Shown: positions 21,257 through 32,277, numbered from the stretch's first letter. The stretch: DNA of 64,000 bases from an uncultured cyanobacterium (GCA_963740315.1 CAVUDP010000002.1:3104001-3168000), one strand, 5' to 3'. Numbers and translations: made by a program. Notes: generated by a model from the sequence alone, not told the origin.

Positions 21257-21583
21257 ATGTTTTATGTAGCGCAAATTAATATTGGCACGAATATTGCTTC
21301 TTCGCTGGGTGTACTTAAAATAATCTTCTGCTTATTTTATTTGATATTTGGAATAATTCAATTAATACGAACTCGGAATAGACTTAGTAGCTCGGCTAAA
21401 ATATTTTATAGTATTCAATTAGTTGTTATACCGGCTTTTTTACTATTATCGGGTTCAATTTTAATATTTCAAGGCTGGCGATTAGATCCAATTTTACAGT
21501 TTCAACAACTTATATTATCTGCTTTAATTTTTTACTTGAGCTTAAAAGATATTGTAGTTAATAGGGTTGAGAGAAATAGATAA
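21257..21583 (+). CDS. Ycf66-family membrane protein
   Basis: QINIG and ILIFQGWRLDPILQFQQ motif. Confidence 0.8.
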   Translation: MFYVAQINIGTNIASSLGVLKIIFCLFYLIFGIIQLIRTRNRLSSSAKIFYSIQLVVIPAFLLLSGSILIFQGWRLDPILQFQQLILSALIFYLSLKDIVVNRVERNR

Positions 21584-21607
21584 TTTTATATCTTGCATTG
21601 CTAATAT

Positions 21608-22288
21608 TTAGGAATCTTGGCTCTGGGCTTCCAAGTATTCAAAATTAGGATAATCAAAAATCGAAGCCTCAATAGAATTAATATCATCCGCAGCCAAATT
21701 ATCTTTAAGTTTACCTGCAAAACCTGCCATCATAATATTATATTGACGAATAGTTGATGTTAGTCCTTGTAGATCGCGTTTATCCCAGTAACCACCTTCA
21801 TCACTAACATCACTAACAATTCCTAATTCATTTGCAGCATCAAGCATTTTTACAATCATTAGATGACACTTGAGGAAATTTTCTAATCCTCCATATTCGG
21901 GATTGCTAGCATATTGCGTTTTACAAAAACCCGTCCAATACCAATCATTAACTTCTTTAACTTCCGAATGAGTTGCTAAACCAAAAATAGGAGTTTCCGA
22001 ACCATCTCCCGGAAGCGAATCAAAACCAATAATATAAGTTGGATTTTTCCAAGAAAAAGCATTTAAAGCAATTTCTACTGGTTTTAAAGCTCTAATTTTA
22101 ATAAAAGCATAAGGATCGTTGATATCGTCTTTATCAAAATGACAATCATTCTCTGAAATTTCTACTAAATCATCAACACTTTTAAAAGGAAGTTTCAAAG
22201 CTAACTTGTGTAGAGCAATAACTTTTTCCCTTGCTTGCTCAACAGTTGCATCATTTAAACTAAACGTATAGTGAATCGTTAATCCCAT
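21608..22288 (-). CDS. Hypothetical protein
   Basis: 226-aa ORF with GAGG RBS; MGLTIHY...FCKTQYAS...VSDEGGYW. Confidence 0.75.
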   Translation of the reverse strand: MGLTIHYTFSLNDATVEQAREKVIALHKLALKLPFKSVDDLVEISENDCHFDKDDINDPYAFIKIRALKPVEIALNAFSWKNPTYIIGFDSLPGDGSETPIFGLATHSEVKEVNDWYWTGFCKTQYASNPEYGGLENFLKCHLMIVKMLDAANELGIVSDVSDEGGYWDKRDLQGLTSTIRQYNIMMAGFAGKLKDNLAADDINSIEASIFDYPNFEYLEAQSQDS

Positions 22289-22427
22289 TAGACTTAAACC
22301 TCAATTTTTCTTGAAGTCTTGACGGATAATTCCGCTTTAATTCTTCAATATACTTTTTAGCCTACAAAGGTGGGCTTTGTAAATGTAGCGATACCCTTCG
22401 AGGGTATTGCTAACTCGTGATATTTTT

Positions 22428-23774
22428 CTAAAGCGTATAAGTAAAGTCTTCAACTAACATACCGGGAACCGTACTACCGCCAAGCTGACGATTTTCATAA
22501 GTTCCGACTTCGGGAATGAATTCATGTCGATCGGTAAAATCTATTAATTTATCTCCCCAGAAACTGTATAAACTATCATCAAAACGCAAATCTTCTATCG
22601 GTGCGACAATTTCGCCGTCAGCAACCCAGAAGCAAGCATAACGAGTCATTCCCGTGATTCTGCCAGAAGGGCGATCGCTCCAATTGAGGTAATGCAAATT
22701 TGATACATATAGTCCAGTGCCTAAGCTCGATAAAATATCCTTGGATGCTAAATTTCCCATACTCACTTCTGGCGCACGTAAAGTTTCGGAACTATTAGCA
22801 CCATTTGTATTTTTGCAGTATTCTTTAGCGGTACGAGAGTTAACTAAGGTATTTAAGAAAACACCTTTTTCGATTAAATTTAACTTTAAAGGAGCAATTT
22901 CGCCCCAATCGTTGAAACGAGGAACTAAACCAGTTTCAAAATTTTCTCGCAAATTGAATTTTGGAGAAAGCGTTTTTTCTTGACTCTCTAGCATTGCTAA
23001 AGCGCTGTTACCTTGTTGGATATCGGCTTCGCTTAAACCTCCCCAAGAAAGCATTGTTAACAATTCTGCAACCGCAGCAGGTGCAAAATAAGTTTTGTAA
23101 TGTCCTGGCGGCAATTCTTTTGAAGGATGAGAAAGTAATTTTAATTGCTGTTTGGCTTGAGAAATTTTATCTATATAAACTTGATTATTCCAACTATTTC
23201 CCGCAAAAAAACCTTTAACAGCTTGTCCGGATTCGGTAAATATTGAGTAGTCTAACGTAAAAGTATCGGTACTAAACCAATGTTTTTTACCACCCGAATC
23301 AGCATAACCTTGACTTACAACACCACCTGCATAAAATCCCGTAAAATCTAATTCTGTAACTGCTTCTAAGACAGTTTTAGCAACTTCCTCATCAGCCAAC
23401 AAATTACCCGAATAGATTTCACGACTAGCCTCATCTCCCGAAGGTAAAACTTGATGTGGGTCTATAGGTAATAATAGTATTTCTTCCCGTAATTCCTGCA
23501 AATAACCATAGGTTCGCTGCCAATCAACTTCCCAATTGCCTAAAATGGGAAAAACGCGAAAAATACTACGTTGACTTGAAATTAAAGTCAGTTCAATCCA
23601 ACCATCTGCCACAACACCAGTTTGTCGCACCAACGCATGATTAAACCGAGTAAATTGACTGCGCTCCCTATTTAGTTTAAAAGTAAATTCTTCATCTGGT
23701 TTCTTCTTATCTAAAAGACACTCAAACAATCGGTTAAAGGTGGCTTCTAAAGCAGATATATCTTCTTTCTTCAT
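22428..23774 (-). CDS. TldE/PmbA family protein
   Basis: FTRFN, LHYLNWSD, TGMTR motifs; follows the TldD gene. Confidence 0.88.
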   Translation of the reverse strand: MKKEDISALEATFNRLFECLLDKKKPDEEFTFKLNRERSQFTRFNHALVRQTGVVADGWIELTLISSQRSIFRVFPILGNWEVDWQRTYGYLQELREEILLLPIDPHQVLPSGDEASREIYSGNLLADEEVAKTVLEAVTELDFTGFYAGGVVSQGYADSGGKKHWFSTDTFTLDYSIFTESGQAVKGFFAGNSWNNQVYIDKISQAKQQLKLLSHPSKELPPGHYKTYFAPAAVAELLTMLSWGGLSEADIQQGNSALAMLESQEKTLSPKFNLRENFETGLVPRFNDWGEIAPLKLNLIEKGVFLNTLVNSRTAKEYCKNTNGANSSETLRAPEVSMGNLASKDILSSLGTGLYVSNLHYLNWSDRPSGRITGMTRYACFWVADGEIVAPIEDLRFDDSLYSFWGDKLIDFTDRHEFIPEVGTYENRQLGGSTVPGMLVEDFTYTL

Positions 23775-23933
23775 AAAAGTAATACAGTCAAATGGATTTT
23801 AGATTTTGGATTTTGTATTTTGTATTAAGCATGGGGAATGGGGCATAGGTTAAAGGTCTGCATGTTAAAGGTCTGCATGTTAAAATTCCCCTTGTCTCCC
23901 CATCTCCCCATCCCCTTGTCTCCCCTTCTCTCC

Positions 23934-25373
23934 CTAACTCCCTCCTCCGAAAACTTCGACATTTGTAAACAAACAAACCGGAGAACCATGTCCTACAGAA
24001 ATTGCTTGATTTGGCTCTCCCTTACCGCAGTAAGCAGTACCGTACATTTTCCAAGTGGATTCGTTTCCTACTTTGATTAAACTCTGCCAAAATTCTGGGG
24101 TAGTAGCTCGATAGTTGGGGTTGCGGAGGGTTTTTGTGAGCTTACCATTTTCAATCAATTTACCGTATTCGCAACCAAATTGAAATTTATATCGACGGTC
24201 ATCTATTGACCAAGAACGGTTAGATTCCATGTAAACGCCATGTTCTATACTGCCGATGATTTCTTCAAAGCTGGCTGAACCTGGTTCTAAATTCAAGTTT
24301 GCCATGCGATCGATTGGCGGTCTATTCCAAGAACAAGCGCGGGCGCAAGCAACCCCGTCAATACCGCTTCTAGCTTGACTTTCCAGACTTCCCAAACCCC
24401 GCTGCAACACACCTTCTTTAATTACGTATTCCTTTGTTGCGATCGCACCTGTATCATCAAAACCGTAGCTAGCAAATTCACCTTTGACAGTAGGGTCAAA
24501 AGTAATATTCATTACAGGAGAACCGTACCCCAAACTGCCGAAATCATCCGTTTTTACAAAACTACCACCGGCATAGTTCCGCTCATCGCCTAAAATCCGG
24601 TCAATTTCTAAAGGATGTCCGACACTTTCATGAATTTGTAACATCATTTGATCTGATGCTAATACCAAATTAGTGCGTGTATTTGGGCATTCTTGTGCCG
24701 TCAACAGTTCCACGGCTTGCTCGCCAATTTGTCGCACGCGGAACCATAAATCCTTTTCCTTAAAGTCCAAAACTCCTTGATAGCAATGCGCCGACCAACC
24801 ATTATTAGTCCGCTGCTGGACAATCGATCCATCTTGTGCGGTAGCTCCGAAATGAGTGCTAAATAACAATAATTTTTGATAAATTTCTGAGCCGTTACTG
24901 CTAATAAACCAAGTATTCTTTTCAGTAGTCGTAACGCTAGCAGTAGTCTGAACAATTTTGTCATCAACTTTTAACGTTTTGCAGATACGCATCAGCAAAT
25001 CATTAACTTCACTTAGACTCAAACTATCCTGAGTATAAACCGATGGCGAAATATATTCACCTATAACTTTCGGGCGTTCGCGCATCTTTTGAAATGGATG
25101 TATCCACCATTCACTAGCAGCAAGTGCCTGCTTATACGCAGTTTCCGCAGTTGCTTGCAAAGAATCAAGTTCTAGAGAATTAGTAGCCCCATAGCCCAGA
25201 CAGCCATTAACCAAGACTTCTACCATTGCTCCCATAGTGGAAGACTTGCCATTGCTTTGAGGTAAACCATCCCGGACAAAACGAGTTGACGAAGTTTCTT
25301 CAACCGCTCTGATACCAATCCAGTCAGCAGAAACATCTATATTCTTGATTGCTTTTTTTAATTCAGACCACAT
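23934..25373 (-). CDS. tldD: TldD metalloprotease
   Basis: HESVGHPLEIDR metal motif, RMANLNL, CGKGEP. Confidence 0.9.
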   Translation of the reverse strand: MWSELKKAIKNIDVSADWIGIRAVEETSSTRFVRDGLPQSNGKSSTMGAMVEVLVNGCLGYGATNSLELDSLQATAETAYKQALAASEWWIHPFQKMRERPKVIGEYISPSVYTQDSLSLSEVNDLLMRICKTLKVDDKIVQTTASVTTTEKNTWFISSNGSEIYQKLLLFSTHFGATAQDGSIVQQRTNNGWSAHCYQGVLDFKEKDLWFRVRQIGEQAVELLTAQECPNTRTNLVLASDQMMLQIHESVGHPLEIDRILGDERNYAGGSFVKTDDFGSLGYGSPVMNITFDPTVKGEFASYGFDDTGAIATKEYVIKEGVLQRGLGSLESQARSGIDGVACARACSWNRPPIDRMANLNLEPGSASFEEIIGSIEHGVYMESNRSWSIDDRRYKFQFGCEYGKLIENGKLTKTLRNPNYRATTPEFWQSLIKVGNESTWKMYGTAYCGKGEPNQAISVGHGSPVCLFTNVEVFGGGS

Positions 25374-25477
25374 ACTGCAAAAATTAGTTGTGAGGTAGGG
25401 GAGATTATATTATTTACTACAAAACGTCAACTTTTACAGCAATGATTTGTTAAGTTTTTTCTTTTTTTATAAAAAAT

Positions 25478-25700
25478 GGGAGAGGGGAGAGGGGGAGATG
25501 GGGAGAGGGGGAGATGGGGAGAGGGGGAGATGGGGAGAGGGGGAGATGGGGAGAGGGGGAGATGGGGAGAGGGGGAGATGGGGAGAGGGGGAGATGGGGA
25601 GATGGGGAGATGGGGAGAGGGGGAGATGGGGAGAGGGGGAGATGGGGAGATGGGGAGATGGGGAGATGGGGGGAATTTTAACCTTTAACCTTTAACCTTA
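25478..25700. repeat. Long STRR array (GGGAGAG/GGGAGAT; TTTAACC)
   Basis: About 200 bp of tandem heptamers. Confidence 0.95.
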
Positions 25701-25701
25701 A

Positions 25702-26790
25702 TTACTGTTTGCTGCTCACTGCTAACTGATTGCCAAACTTCTTTTGGGCTGATAATTTTGGTTGAAGATACAAGTTTTCTAAAAGTACTGTAATACCTGC
25801 TACCCAAGGGGGGATAATCACAGCCCCGATAATTCCTAAAACTTGGGTTCCGCCCAATACAGCTAAAAGTTGATAAAACGGGTGAACTCGCACCGAAGAA
25901 CCAACTAATAAAGGATCTAATACATAAGATTCAACATTTTGAATAATTACGAATAATAATAATACCCATAAAAAAGTTAATCCTCCTTGGGGGATGGCAA
26001 CAATCAAAGCCGGAATCGCTCCCAAAACTGGACCAACGAACGGTATAAAATTAGTAAACGCTGCGATCGTACCTAACGCTAAGGCAAATTCCGAAAGTCC
26101 TAGAACTCGTAAAGCAAGGGTAATCGCAACACCTAAAATCAGCGAAACCAAAACCCTTCCTTGAACGTATCCACCCATCCGCCGAGAAATTGGTAAAACT
26201 TGTGCTTTGAGACGTTCATCCCACGGTTCTGGAAACAAGTTTACCAAACCCTCAATCAAACTTTTGCTTCCAGCAGCCATATAGCCAGAAATTACTACAG
26301 CCAAAATTAAATTTACCGCAGCGCCGAGAATACCAAAAGTTACCCCAAAAGAACGTACAACTAACTTTTGACTCGAACTAAACAACCCATTAGTAAGCGC
26401 TTGGAGATCGAAGAATTGTTCTATAACTTCTAGCTGTGTAATTCCGACTCGCGTTGCTAAATCTTCGACAGTTATAGTCAAATTATCCAAATAAACCGGA
26501 AATCTGCGGGCTAATCGCTGGATTTGTTCGGAAACAGAAGGACCAATTAATAAACCAATTACAATCAATCCCCCAATCAAACCTAGATAAAACAAAATAA
26601 CACCCAACCATCGCGGAAAACGCCATCTTTCGAGCGCATCAACAAAAGGCGTAATAGTCGCCGCCAATACCGTAGCAATCATCAAAGTTAACAATAAACT
26701 CCGTAATTGCCACAGTAAAATAACCAGAAAAAATCCAGCAATAATTAGTAGAACATCGTACAGATTCAAAGATTTACGCTTTTCAAACAT
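25702..26790 (-). CDS. AI-2E (PerM) family transporter
   Basis: Start re-called at MFEKRK; FIPFVGP and QNVESYVLDP motifs. Confidence 0.9.
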   Translation of the reverse strand: MFEKRKSLNLYDVLLIIAGFFLVILLWQLRSLLLTLMIATVLAATITPFVDALERWRFPRWLGVILFYLGLIGGLIVIGLLIGPSVSEQIQRLARRFPVYLDNLTITVEDLATRVGITQLEVIEQFFDLQALTNGLFSSSQKLVVRSFGVTFGILGAAVNLILAVVISGYMAAGSKSLIEGLVNLFPEPWDERLKAQVLPISRRMGGYVQGRVLVSLILGVAITLALRVLGLSEFALALGTIAAFTNFIPFVGPVLGAIPALIVAIPQGGLTFLWVLLLFVIIQNVESYVLDPLLVGSSVRVHPFYQLLAVLGGTQVLGIIGAVIIPPWVAGITVLLENLYLQPKLSAQKKFGNQLAVSSKQ

Positions 26791-26990
26791 GGTGATGGGG
26801 AGAGGGGGGATGGGGAAATGGGGAGAAGGGGTGATGGGGGGATGGGGGGATGGGGAGATGGGGAGACAAGGAGAAGAGAGCGGAGGAGGAGGCGGAGGAG
26901 GCAAGGGAATAATTAATAACTGCTCACTGCTCACTGCTCACTGCTCACTGCTCACTGCTCACTGCTCACTGCTCACTGCTCACTGCTCAC
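26791..26990. repeat. STRR arrays (GGGGAT-type; CACTGCT x~10)
   Basis: Tandem heptamers. Confidence 0.9.
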
Positions 26991-28444
26991 TAATTCCTGT
27001 GCCATTTCGTGCCTTCTTTACTATCAATTAAGGCAATACCTTGAGATTGCAATTCGTCGCGGATGCGATCGGATTCGGCGAAGTTTTTAGTTTTCCTGGC
27101 TTCTTTTCTTTGTTGAATCAGCGCTTCAATTTGTTCGTCGCTTAAACCGTCATCCGTTGTCGCCGCTTCCGATTCTATTTGAGCTTCTAATCCAAGTACA
27201 TCAGCTAATGTAACTAATGTTTGCCACATTTTTTGTAATTCTTCAGGTGCGGTTTCTGTTTTACCTTGATGAACCAAGATATTGCCTTCTTTACCAAGCT
27301 CTTTCGCTAGTTCAAACAATACACTTAAACCGCTAGAAAAATTAAAGTCATTATTTACAGCTTCTCGAAAACGCTCAATATAAGAATTTTCTTCCGCTTG
27401 TCCTCTTATTTCCTTGCCCCAGTCTAATTGTTCGCCATATTTATTCCCAAAAACCAACCCTTCTTTGAGAGTATTCCAACCGTTTGTAGCAGCAGTAATG
27501 GCTTCGTCGGTAAAGTCAATGGGTTTGCGGTACTGTGCCGTAAGTACAAACAAACGCACAGCCATTGGGTTAACGCCGCGATCGAGTAGTTGGCGAATAG
27601 TAATAAAGTTGCCCAGTGATTTGGACATTTTTTCACCGTCAACTTTCACCATGCCGTTGTGCAGCCAAAAATTAGCTAAAGGTTTACCCGTGACGGCTTC
27701 GGATTGAGCAATTTCGTTTTCGTGGTGGGGGAATATTAAATCGGCACCACCTGCATGAATATCGATGGTTTCGCCAAGACGCTCTCTAACCATTGCAGAG
27801 CATTCAATGTGCCATCCCGGACGACCTTTTCCCCAAGGTGAATCCCAAGCGGGTTCTTCGGGCTTTGCTGCTTTCCACAAAGCAAAGTCAAACTGATATC
27901 TTTTTTTCTGATATTCCGCGTCTTCTAGATTTACCCTTTCGCTAGCACCAGCTTGCATATCTGACAATTTACGTCCGGAAAGCTTGCCGTATCCATCAAA
28001 TTTCTGTACGGCATAGTAAACATCCCCGCTCGACGGATAAGCATAATCTTTGTTTTCCAACTCGTGAATTAATCGCTTAATTCCATCCATCGTTTGAGTA
28101 GCGCGGGGATATTCGTCGGCTTCTTTGACGTTCAAACGCGCCATATCGTCAAAATACGCTTTGATATATTTTTCGGCTACAGCTTCCATCGATGAGTTTT
28201 CTTGTCGCGATCGCTTCAAAATTTTATCGTCAACATCGGTAAAATTCTGCACGTAACGGACTTGATAACCGCTAAATTGTAAATAGCGCCTTACCACATC
28301 CCAAACAATGCAAGCTCTAGCATGACCCAAATGGCAGTAATCATAAACCGTCACCCCGCAGTAATACATCTTAACTTTCTGCGGTTCTACTGTTGTAAAG
28401 GCTTCTTGGCGACGGGTGAGACTGTTGTAAACTGTTAGGGTCAT
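26990..28444 (-). CDS. cysS: Cysteine--tRNA ligase
   Basis: CGVTVYD, HLGH, GRPGWHIECSAM, KMSKS motifs. Confidence 0.98.
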   Translation of the reverse strand: MTLTVYNSLTRRQEAFTTVEPQKVKMYYCGVTVYDYCHLGHARACIVWDVVRRYLQFSGYQVRYVQNFTDVDDKILKRSRQENSSMEAVAEKYIKAYFDDMARLNVKEADEYPRATQTMDGIKRLIHELENKDYAYPSSGDVYYAVQKFDGYGKLSGRKLSDMQAGASERVNLEDAEYQKKRYQFDFALWKAAKPEEPAWDSPWGKGRPGWHIECSAMVRERLGETIDIHAGGADLIFPHHENEIAQSEAVTGKPLANFWLHNGMVKVDGEKMSKSLGNFITIRQLLDRGVNPMAVRLFVLTAQYRKPIDFTDEAITAATNGWNTLKEGLVFGNKYGEQLDWGKEIRGQAEENSYIERFREAVNNDFNFSSGLSVLFELAKELGKEGNILVHQGKTETAPEELQKMWQTLVTLADVLGLEAQIESEAATTDDGLSDEQIEALIQQRKEARKTKNFAESDRIRDELQSQGIALIDSKEGTKWHRN

Positions 28445-28593
28445 GACTAATTAATTCTTAAATATAAAATACGCAATAATTAGGTTAAAGCAGTTGGGGT
28501 GACATTAACGCATCCCCATTCTAGAGTTTCACGTTACAACCTGCGTTACATTATTATTTTTAATTCTTTTCGATTTCATTAACTCTTCTCACC

Positions 28594-29727
28594 ATGCAAT
28601 CATCAGTTTCAGAATCTCAGACAATGGAAGCACCAAAAAAAGGATTACCAGTCACAATTATTACTGGATTCCTCGGTAGTGGTAAGACAACTTTACTCAA
28701 TCATATCTTGACCAATCAGCAAGGTTTGAAAACTGCTGTTTTGGTAAATGAATTTGGCGAAATTGGCATCGATAACGAGTTGGTTGTCGCCACCGACGAG
28801 AATATGGTGGAGTTAAACAACGGCTGTATCTGCTGTACCATCAATAGCGATTTGGTGGATGCGGTTTACAAAGTGATGGAACGCCAGGAAAATATTGATT
28901 ATCTGGTTGTAGAAACAACGGGTTTAGCAGATCCCTTACCCGTCGCATTGACCTTTTTAGGAACCGAATTACGAGATTTAACTCGCTTGGATTCCATTGT
29001 TACTTTAGTAGACGCAGCTAATTACAGCTTAGATTTATTCAACTCCGAAGCTGCTTTTAGTCAAATTGCCTACGGTGATGTAATTGTTCTCAACAAAGCC
29101 GATTTAGTTGATGAAGCCGATTTAGATACTTTAGAAGTAAAAATTCGGGACATCAAAGAAGGAGCAAGAATTCTTCGTACCACAAAATCGCAAGTACCTT
29201 TACCTTTAATTCTTAGCGTCGGTTTGTTCGAGACAGATAAGTATTTTGACTCTGCGGAAGAACACAACCACGACCATCACGAACACGAACATCACGAACA
29301 CGATCATCACGAACACGACCATCACGACCATTCAGAATGCACTCACGAAGACCACGACCACCACGACCATCATGACCACGACCATCATTCCCACCACTTA
29401 GAAAATGATGGTTTTACATCAGTATCATTCCAGACTGACAAACCTTTATCTATCCGTAAATTTCAGTATTTTCTAGATAACCAGCTTCCCGACAACATTT
29501 TCCGTGGCAAGGGAATTCTCTGGTTTGACGAAAGTCCCAAAAGACACATATTCCACCTTTGCGGTAAACGCTTTACCCTTGATGATGACGAGTGGAAAGG
29601 CGAAAAGCAAAAGAAAAATCAGTTAGTGCTAATTGGTCAAAATTTGGACGAAGAAGGTTTATTAAAGCAGATACAAAATTGCGTGTGTATTCCTTCTGCT
29701 AGTAAAGGTAAAGGATTTGGCAAGTAA
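28594..29727 (+). CDS. COG0523/CobW-family metallochaperone GTPase with His-rich insert
   Basis: GFLGSGKTT, GCICC, ETTG, NKAD; His/Asp/Glu-rich segment. Confidence 0.93.
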   Translation: MQSSVSESQTMEAPKKGLPVTIITGFLGSGKTTLLNHILTNQQGLKTAVLVNEFGEIGIDNELVVATDENMVELNNGCICCTINSDLVDAVYKVMERQENIDYLVVETTGLADPLPVALTFLGTELRDLTRLDSIVTLVDAANYSLDLFNSEAAFSQIAYGDVIVLNKADLVDEADLDTLEVKIRDIKEGARILRTTKSQVPLPLILSVGLFETDKYFDSAEEHNHDHHEHEHHEHDHHEHDHHDHSECTHEDHDHHDHHDHDHHSHHLENDGFTSVSFQTDKPLSIRKFQYFLDNQLPDNIFRGKGILWFDESPKRHIFHLCGKRFTLDDDEWKGEKQKKNQLVLIGQNLDEEGLLKQIQNCVCIPSASKGKGFGK

Positions 29728-29742
29728 TTGAGAATAAATAAA

Positions 29743-29858
29743 GGTTCGTAGTAAGGACTTTAGTCCTCCAAAGTTCGTAGTAAGGACTTTAGTCCTCCAA
29801 AGTTCGTAGTAAAGACTTTAGTCCTCCAAAGAAAGGGCTGAAGCCCTTACTACGAACC
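29743..29858. repeat. REP-like element with the left arm triplicated (29-bp period)
   Basis: GTTCGTAGTAAGGACTTTAGTCCTCCAAA x3 closed by CTTACTACGAAC. Confidence 0.9.
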
Positions 29859-29880
29859 TTTGTTGATAATTGTTGTATTC

Positions 29881-30330
29881 ATGCGCGTAATTATCCAGCG
29901 AGTAAAATCATCTCAAGTTGCCGTTAATGGTGAAATTATCGGCAGTATTGGCATTGGACTTAATTTACTGGTGGCGATCGCCGATAGTGACACGGAAGCA
30001 GAATTAGAATGGATGGCGCGTAAATGTTTGGATTTACGGTTGTTTCCCTCGACTGAAAATAAACCTTGGCAAAAATCTATATTAGAAATCGGTGGTGAGT
30101 TATTAGTTGTGAGCCAGTTTACTCTTTACGGAGATTGTCGTAAAGGTCGCCGTCCCTCGTTTGACGGTTCTGCATCTCCGAAAATTGCCGAAAATCTATA
30201 TAATTGCTTTGTAGAAAAGTTGCGTGCTAGTGGTTTGCGAGTAGAAACGGGTAAATTTGGTGCAATGATGCAAGTCTCGATTGAAAACGATGGACCCGTC
30301 ACTTTGATACTCGAACGTGAGGCAGACTAA
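29881..30330 (+). CDS. dtd: D-aminoacyl-tRNA deacylase
   Basis: [25 protein letters not shown] motifs. Confidence 0.97.
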   Translation: MRVIIQRVKSSQVAVNGEIIGSIGIGLNLLVAIADSDTEAELEWMARKCLDLRLFPSTENKPWQKSILEIGGELLVVSQFTLYGDCRKGRRPSFDGSASPKIAENLYNCFVEKLRASGLRVETGKFGAMMQVSIENDGPVTLILEREAD

Positions 30331-30525
30331 GAATTTACACGTAAATATTTACATCGAATCAGCACGGGTAAATCAAGTTCGATCCCGATTAATAATAATT
30401 AAAACTCTTTAAATTCTTACCTTGCAAAGGATTACGAGCATCATTTGAATTAAATATTACACCTTGGTTCTAAATGATGAGAGAATAATAGTTTAATCAT
30501 CTGAAGATTTTAAATTACAAGCATC

Positions 30526-30861
30526 ATGGCAAAAATACAGTTCTCCAGAGGTGTCAACGAAGAAGTCGTTCCGGAAGTGCGTTTAACACGTTCCCGTAGT
30601 GGAGATAGCGGTACAGCAACGTTTATTTTTAAAGATCCGAAAGCTCTAGCCGAAGGAAGCACGGATGAAATTACTGGAATGTACATGGTTGACGAAGAAG
30701 GAGAAATCGTCACCCGCGAAGTTAAAGGTAAATTTATCAACGGTAAACCTTCAGGTTTAGAAGCAATTTATTTAATGAAATCTGCTGACGAATGGGAGCG
30801 TTTTATGCGATTTATGGATCGCTATGCTAAAGAGAACGAACTGGGATTAGATAAGAGCTAA
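30526..30861 (+). CDS. psb28: Photosystem II assembly factor Psb28
   Basis: AKIQF...PEVRLTRS...[12 protein letters not shown]. Confidence 0.96.
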   Translation: MAKIQFSRGVNEEVVPEVRLTRSRSGDSGTATFIFKDPKALAEGSTDEITGMYMVDEEGEIVTREVKGKFINGKPSGLEAIYLMKSADEWERFMRFMDRYAKENELGLDKS

Positions 30862-30869
30862 AAGTAACT

Positions 30870-31020
30870 AAGGTTAAAGGTTAAAGGTTAAAGGTTAAAG
30901 GTTAAAGGTTAAAGGTTAAAGGTTAAGAGTTAGGACTACCGGAGTTAAGAATTTCTCCTTGTTCCCTTGTCTCCCCCTCTCCCCATCCCCCATCCCCTAT
31001 GCCCTATTACCAATTCCCAA
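30870..31020. repeat. STRR arrays (AAAGGTT)n and C-rich units
   Basis: Tandem heptamers. Confidence 0.9.
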
Positions 31021-31099
31021 ACCATATACATTAAAAAACAATCCTCACATATAGTAAGGATTGTTTTAATTAAAGTTTATTCAGTTATCTTAAAAAAAC

Positions 31100-32203
31100 T
31101 TACATTTGAGCGATCGCTAAAGCAACAGTTGCTAGTATTGCGGCGATAACGTAGAATACTGCAACTACTTGTAGTTCAGACCAACCTGTAAGTTCTAAAT
31201 GATGATGTAAAGGTGCCATTTTGAACAAGCGTTTTCCTTTACCATCGGGTCCTTTTGTCGCTTTATAGTAACTTACCTGTGCCATTACTGAAAGCGTTTC
31301 TACAAAGAAGATACCGCTAATTATAAACAGCGCTACTAAAGTATTAGACAACAATCCAACTGCTGCTAAACCTCCTCCTAACGCTAGGGAACCTGTATCT
31401 CCCATGAAAACGCGAGCGGGGTTGCGGTTGTGGGCTAAAAATCCAACACAAGCACCGCTAAAAGATGCACAGAAAACCATTAATCCGGTTGAAGCTGGTG
31501 CAACAACTACAGCTAATGTTAATAGTGCGATCGCCGCAGTACCAGCAGCTAATCCATCAACACCGTCAGTTAAGTTTGTGGCATTACTTTCTGCCACCAT
31601 TACAAAACAAGATAAAGGTAAAAATAACAACCACCCTAAAGGCAAAGAAAAGCCCAAGGGAAAAGAAATACTCGTAATACTATCCGGTTGACTAATAAAT
31701 AACCACGCGCAAAAAGCCACCGCGAAACCAACTTGTAAAGCCAGCTTCATTTTAGGTGAAATACCTTTATTCGACTTACGGCGAAGAATTTGCCAATCGT
31801 CAATCCAGCCAACAAACCCGTAGCTTAATGTCAAAGCCGACACAGCAAGAGTTTCTGTAGCGAAATTAGATAATACCACCGCAACTACTAAAGCTACGGG
31901 AACAAAGAATATGCCTCCCATTGTCGGGGTACCGGCTTTCTTTAAATGGGCTTGGGGACCATCCTCGCGAATGACTTGCCCAGCCTTAAGCGCACAGAGC
32001 CAAGGAACAGTCCAAAAGCCCAATCCGCCAGCAATCAAAGCCGATAATAAAAATGGTAGGGTTAAAGAAGTTCCTTGCCAGGGAGAGCGAGATGCTGCTC
32101 CATCTAAAACTACTGCTGTTGCACCTAGTCCTATAACTAACAAAGAAACCAAACGGATACCATTGAGGTTCAAACCTTGGTTTGGAAATAATTTTGCGTC
32201 CAC
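31100..32203 (-). CDS. mraY: Phospho-N-acetylmuramoyl-pentapeptide transferase
   Basis: KAGTPTMGG, NATNLTDGVDGL, FMGDTGS, MAPLHHH motifs. Confidence 0.97.
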   Translation of the reverse strand: MDAKLFPNQGLNLNGIRLVSLLVIGLGATAVVLDGAASRSPWQGTSLTLPFLLSALIAGGLGFWTVPWLCALKAGQVIREDGPQAHLKKAGTPTMGGIFFVPVALVVAVVLSNFATETLAVSALTLSYGFVGWIDDWQILRRKSNKGISPKMKLALQVGFAVAFCAWLFISQPDSITSISFPLGFSLPLGWLLFLPLSCFVMVAESNATNLTDGVDGLAAGTAAIALLTLAVVVAPASTGLMVFCASFSGACVGFLAHNRNPARVFMGDTGSLALGGGLAAVGLLSNTLVALFIISGIFFVETLSVMAQVSYYKATKGPDGKGKRLFKMAPLHHHLELTGWSELQVVAVFYVIAAILATVALAIAQM

Positions 32204-32277
32204 GGAAATTTCCCTTCACTCCACACTATTGAAATCACACACAGCACTAATTCGTGCTTATTCCCGTCATTGACGAG

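Noticed and set aside
22428..25373. TldD/TldE pair as a RiPP maturation locus
   Set aside because: No precursor peptide or modifying enzymes are adjacent; stand-alone pairs are common.
25447..25695. ORFs rich in GRWGDGE / PPSPHLP (also 6150-6417, 18588-18888, 26789-27031, 47464-47724, 56891-57178)
   Set aside because: These are translations of stop-free STRR heptamer arrays with no independent coding evidence.
26791..26934. Pro-rich N-terminal extension of the AI-2E transporter
   Set aside because: Derived from repeats; the ATG at 26790 gives a normal protein.
29260..29400. CAC/GAC-rich repeat in the COG0523 gene
   Set aside because: His-rich linkers are a well-known feature of this family.
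29743..29858. Three 29-bp direct repeats resembling a mini-CRISPR
   Set aside because: The units abut with no unique spacers, close with an inverted arm typical of a REP-like element, and there are no cas genes.
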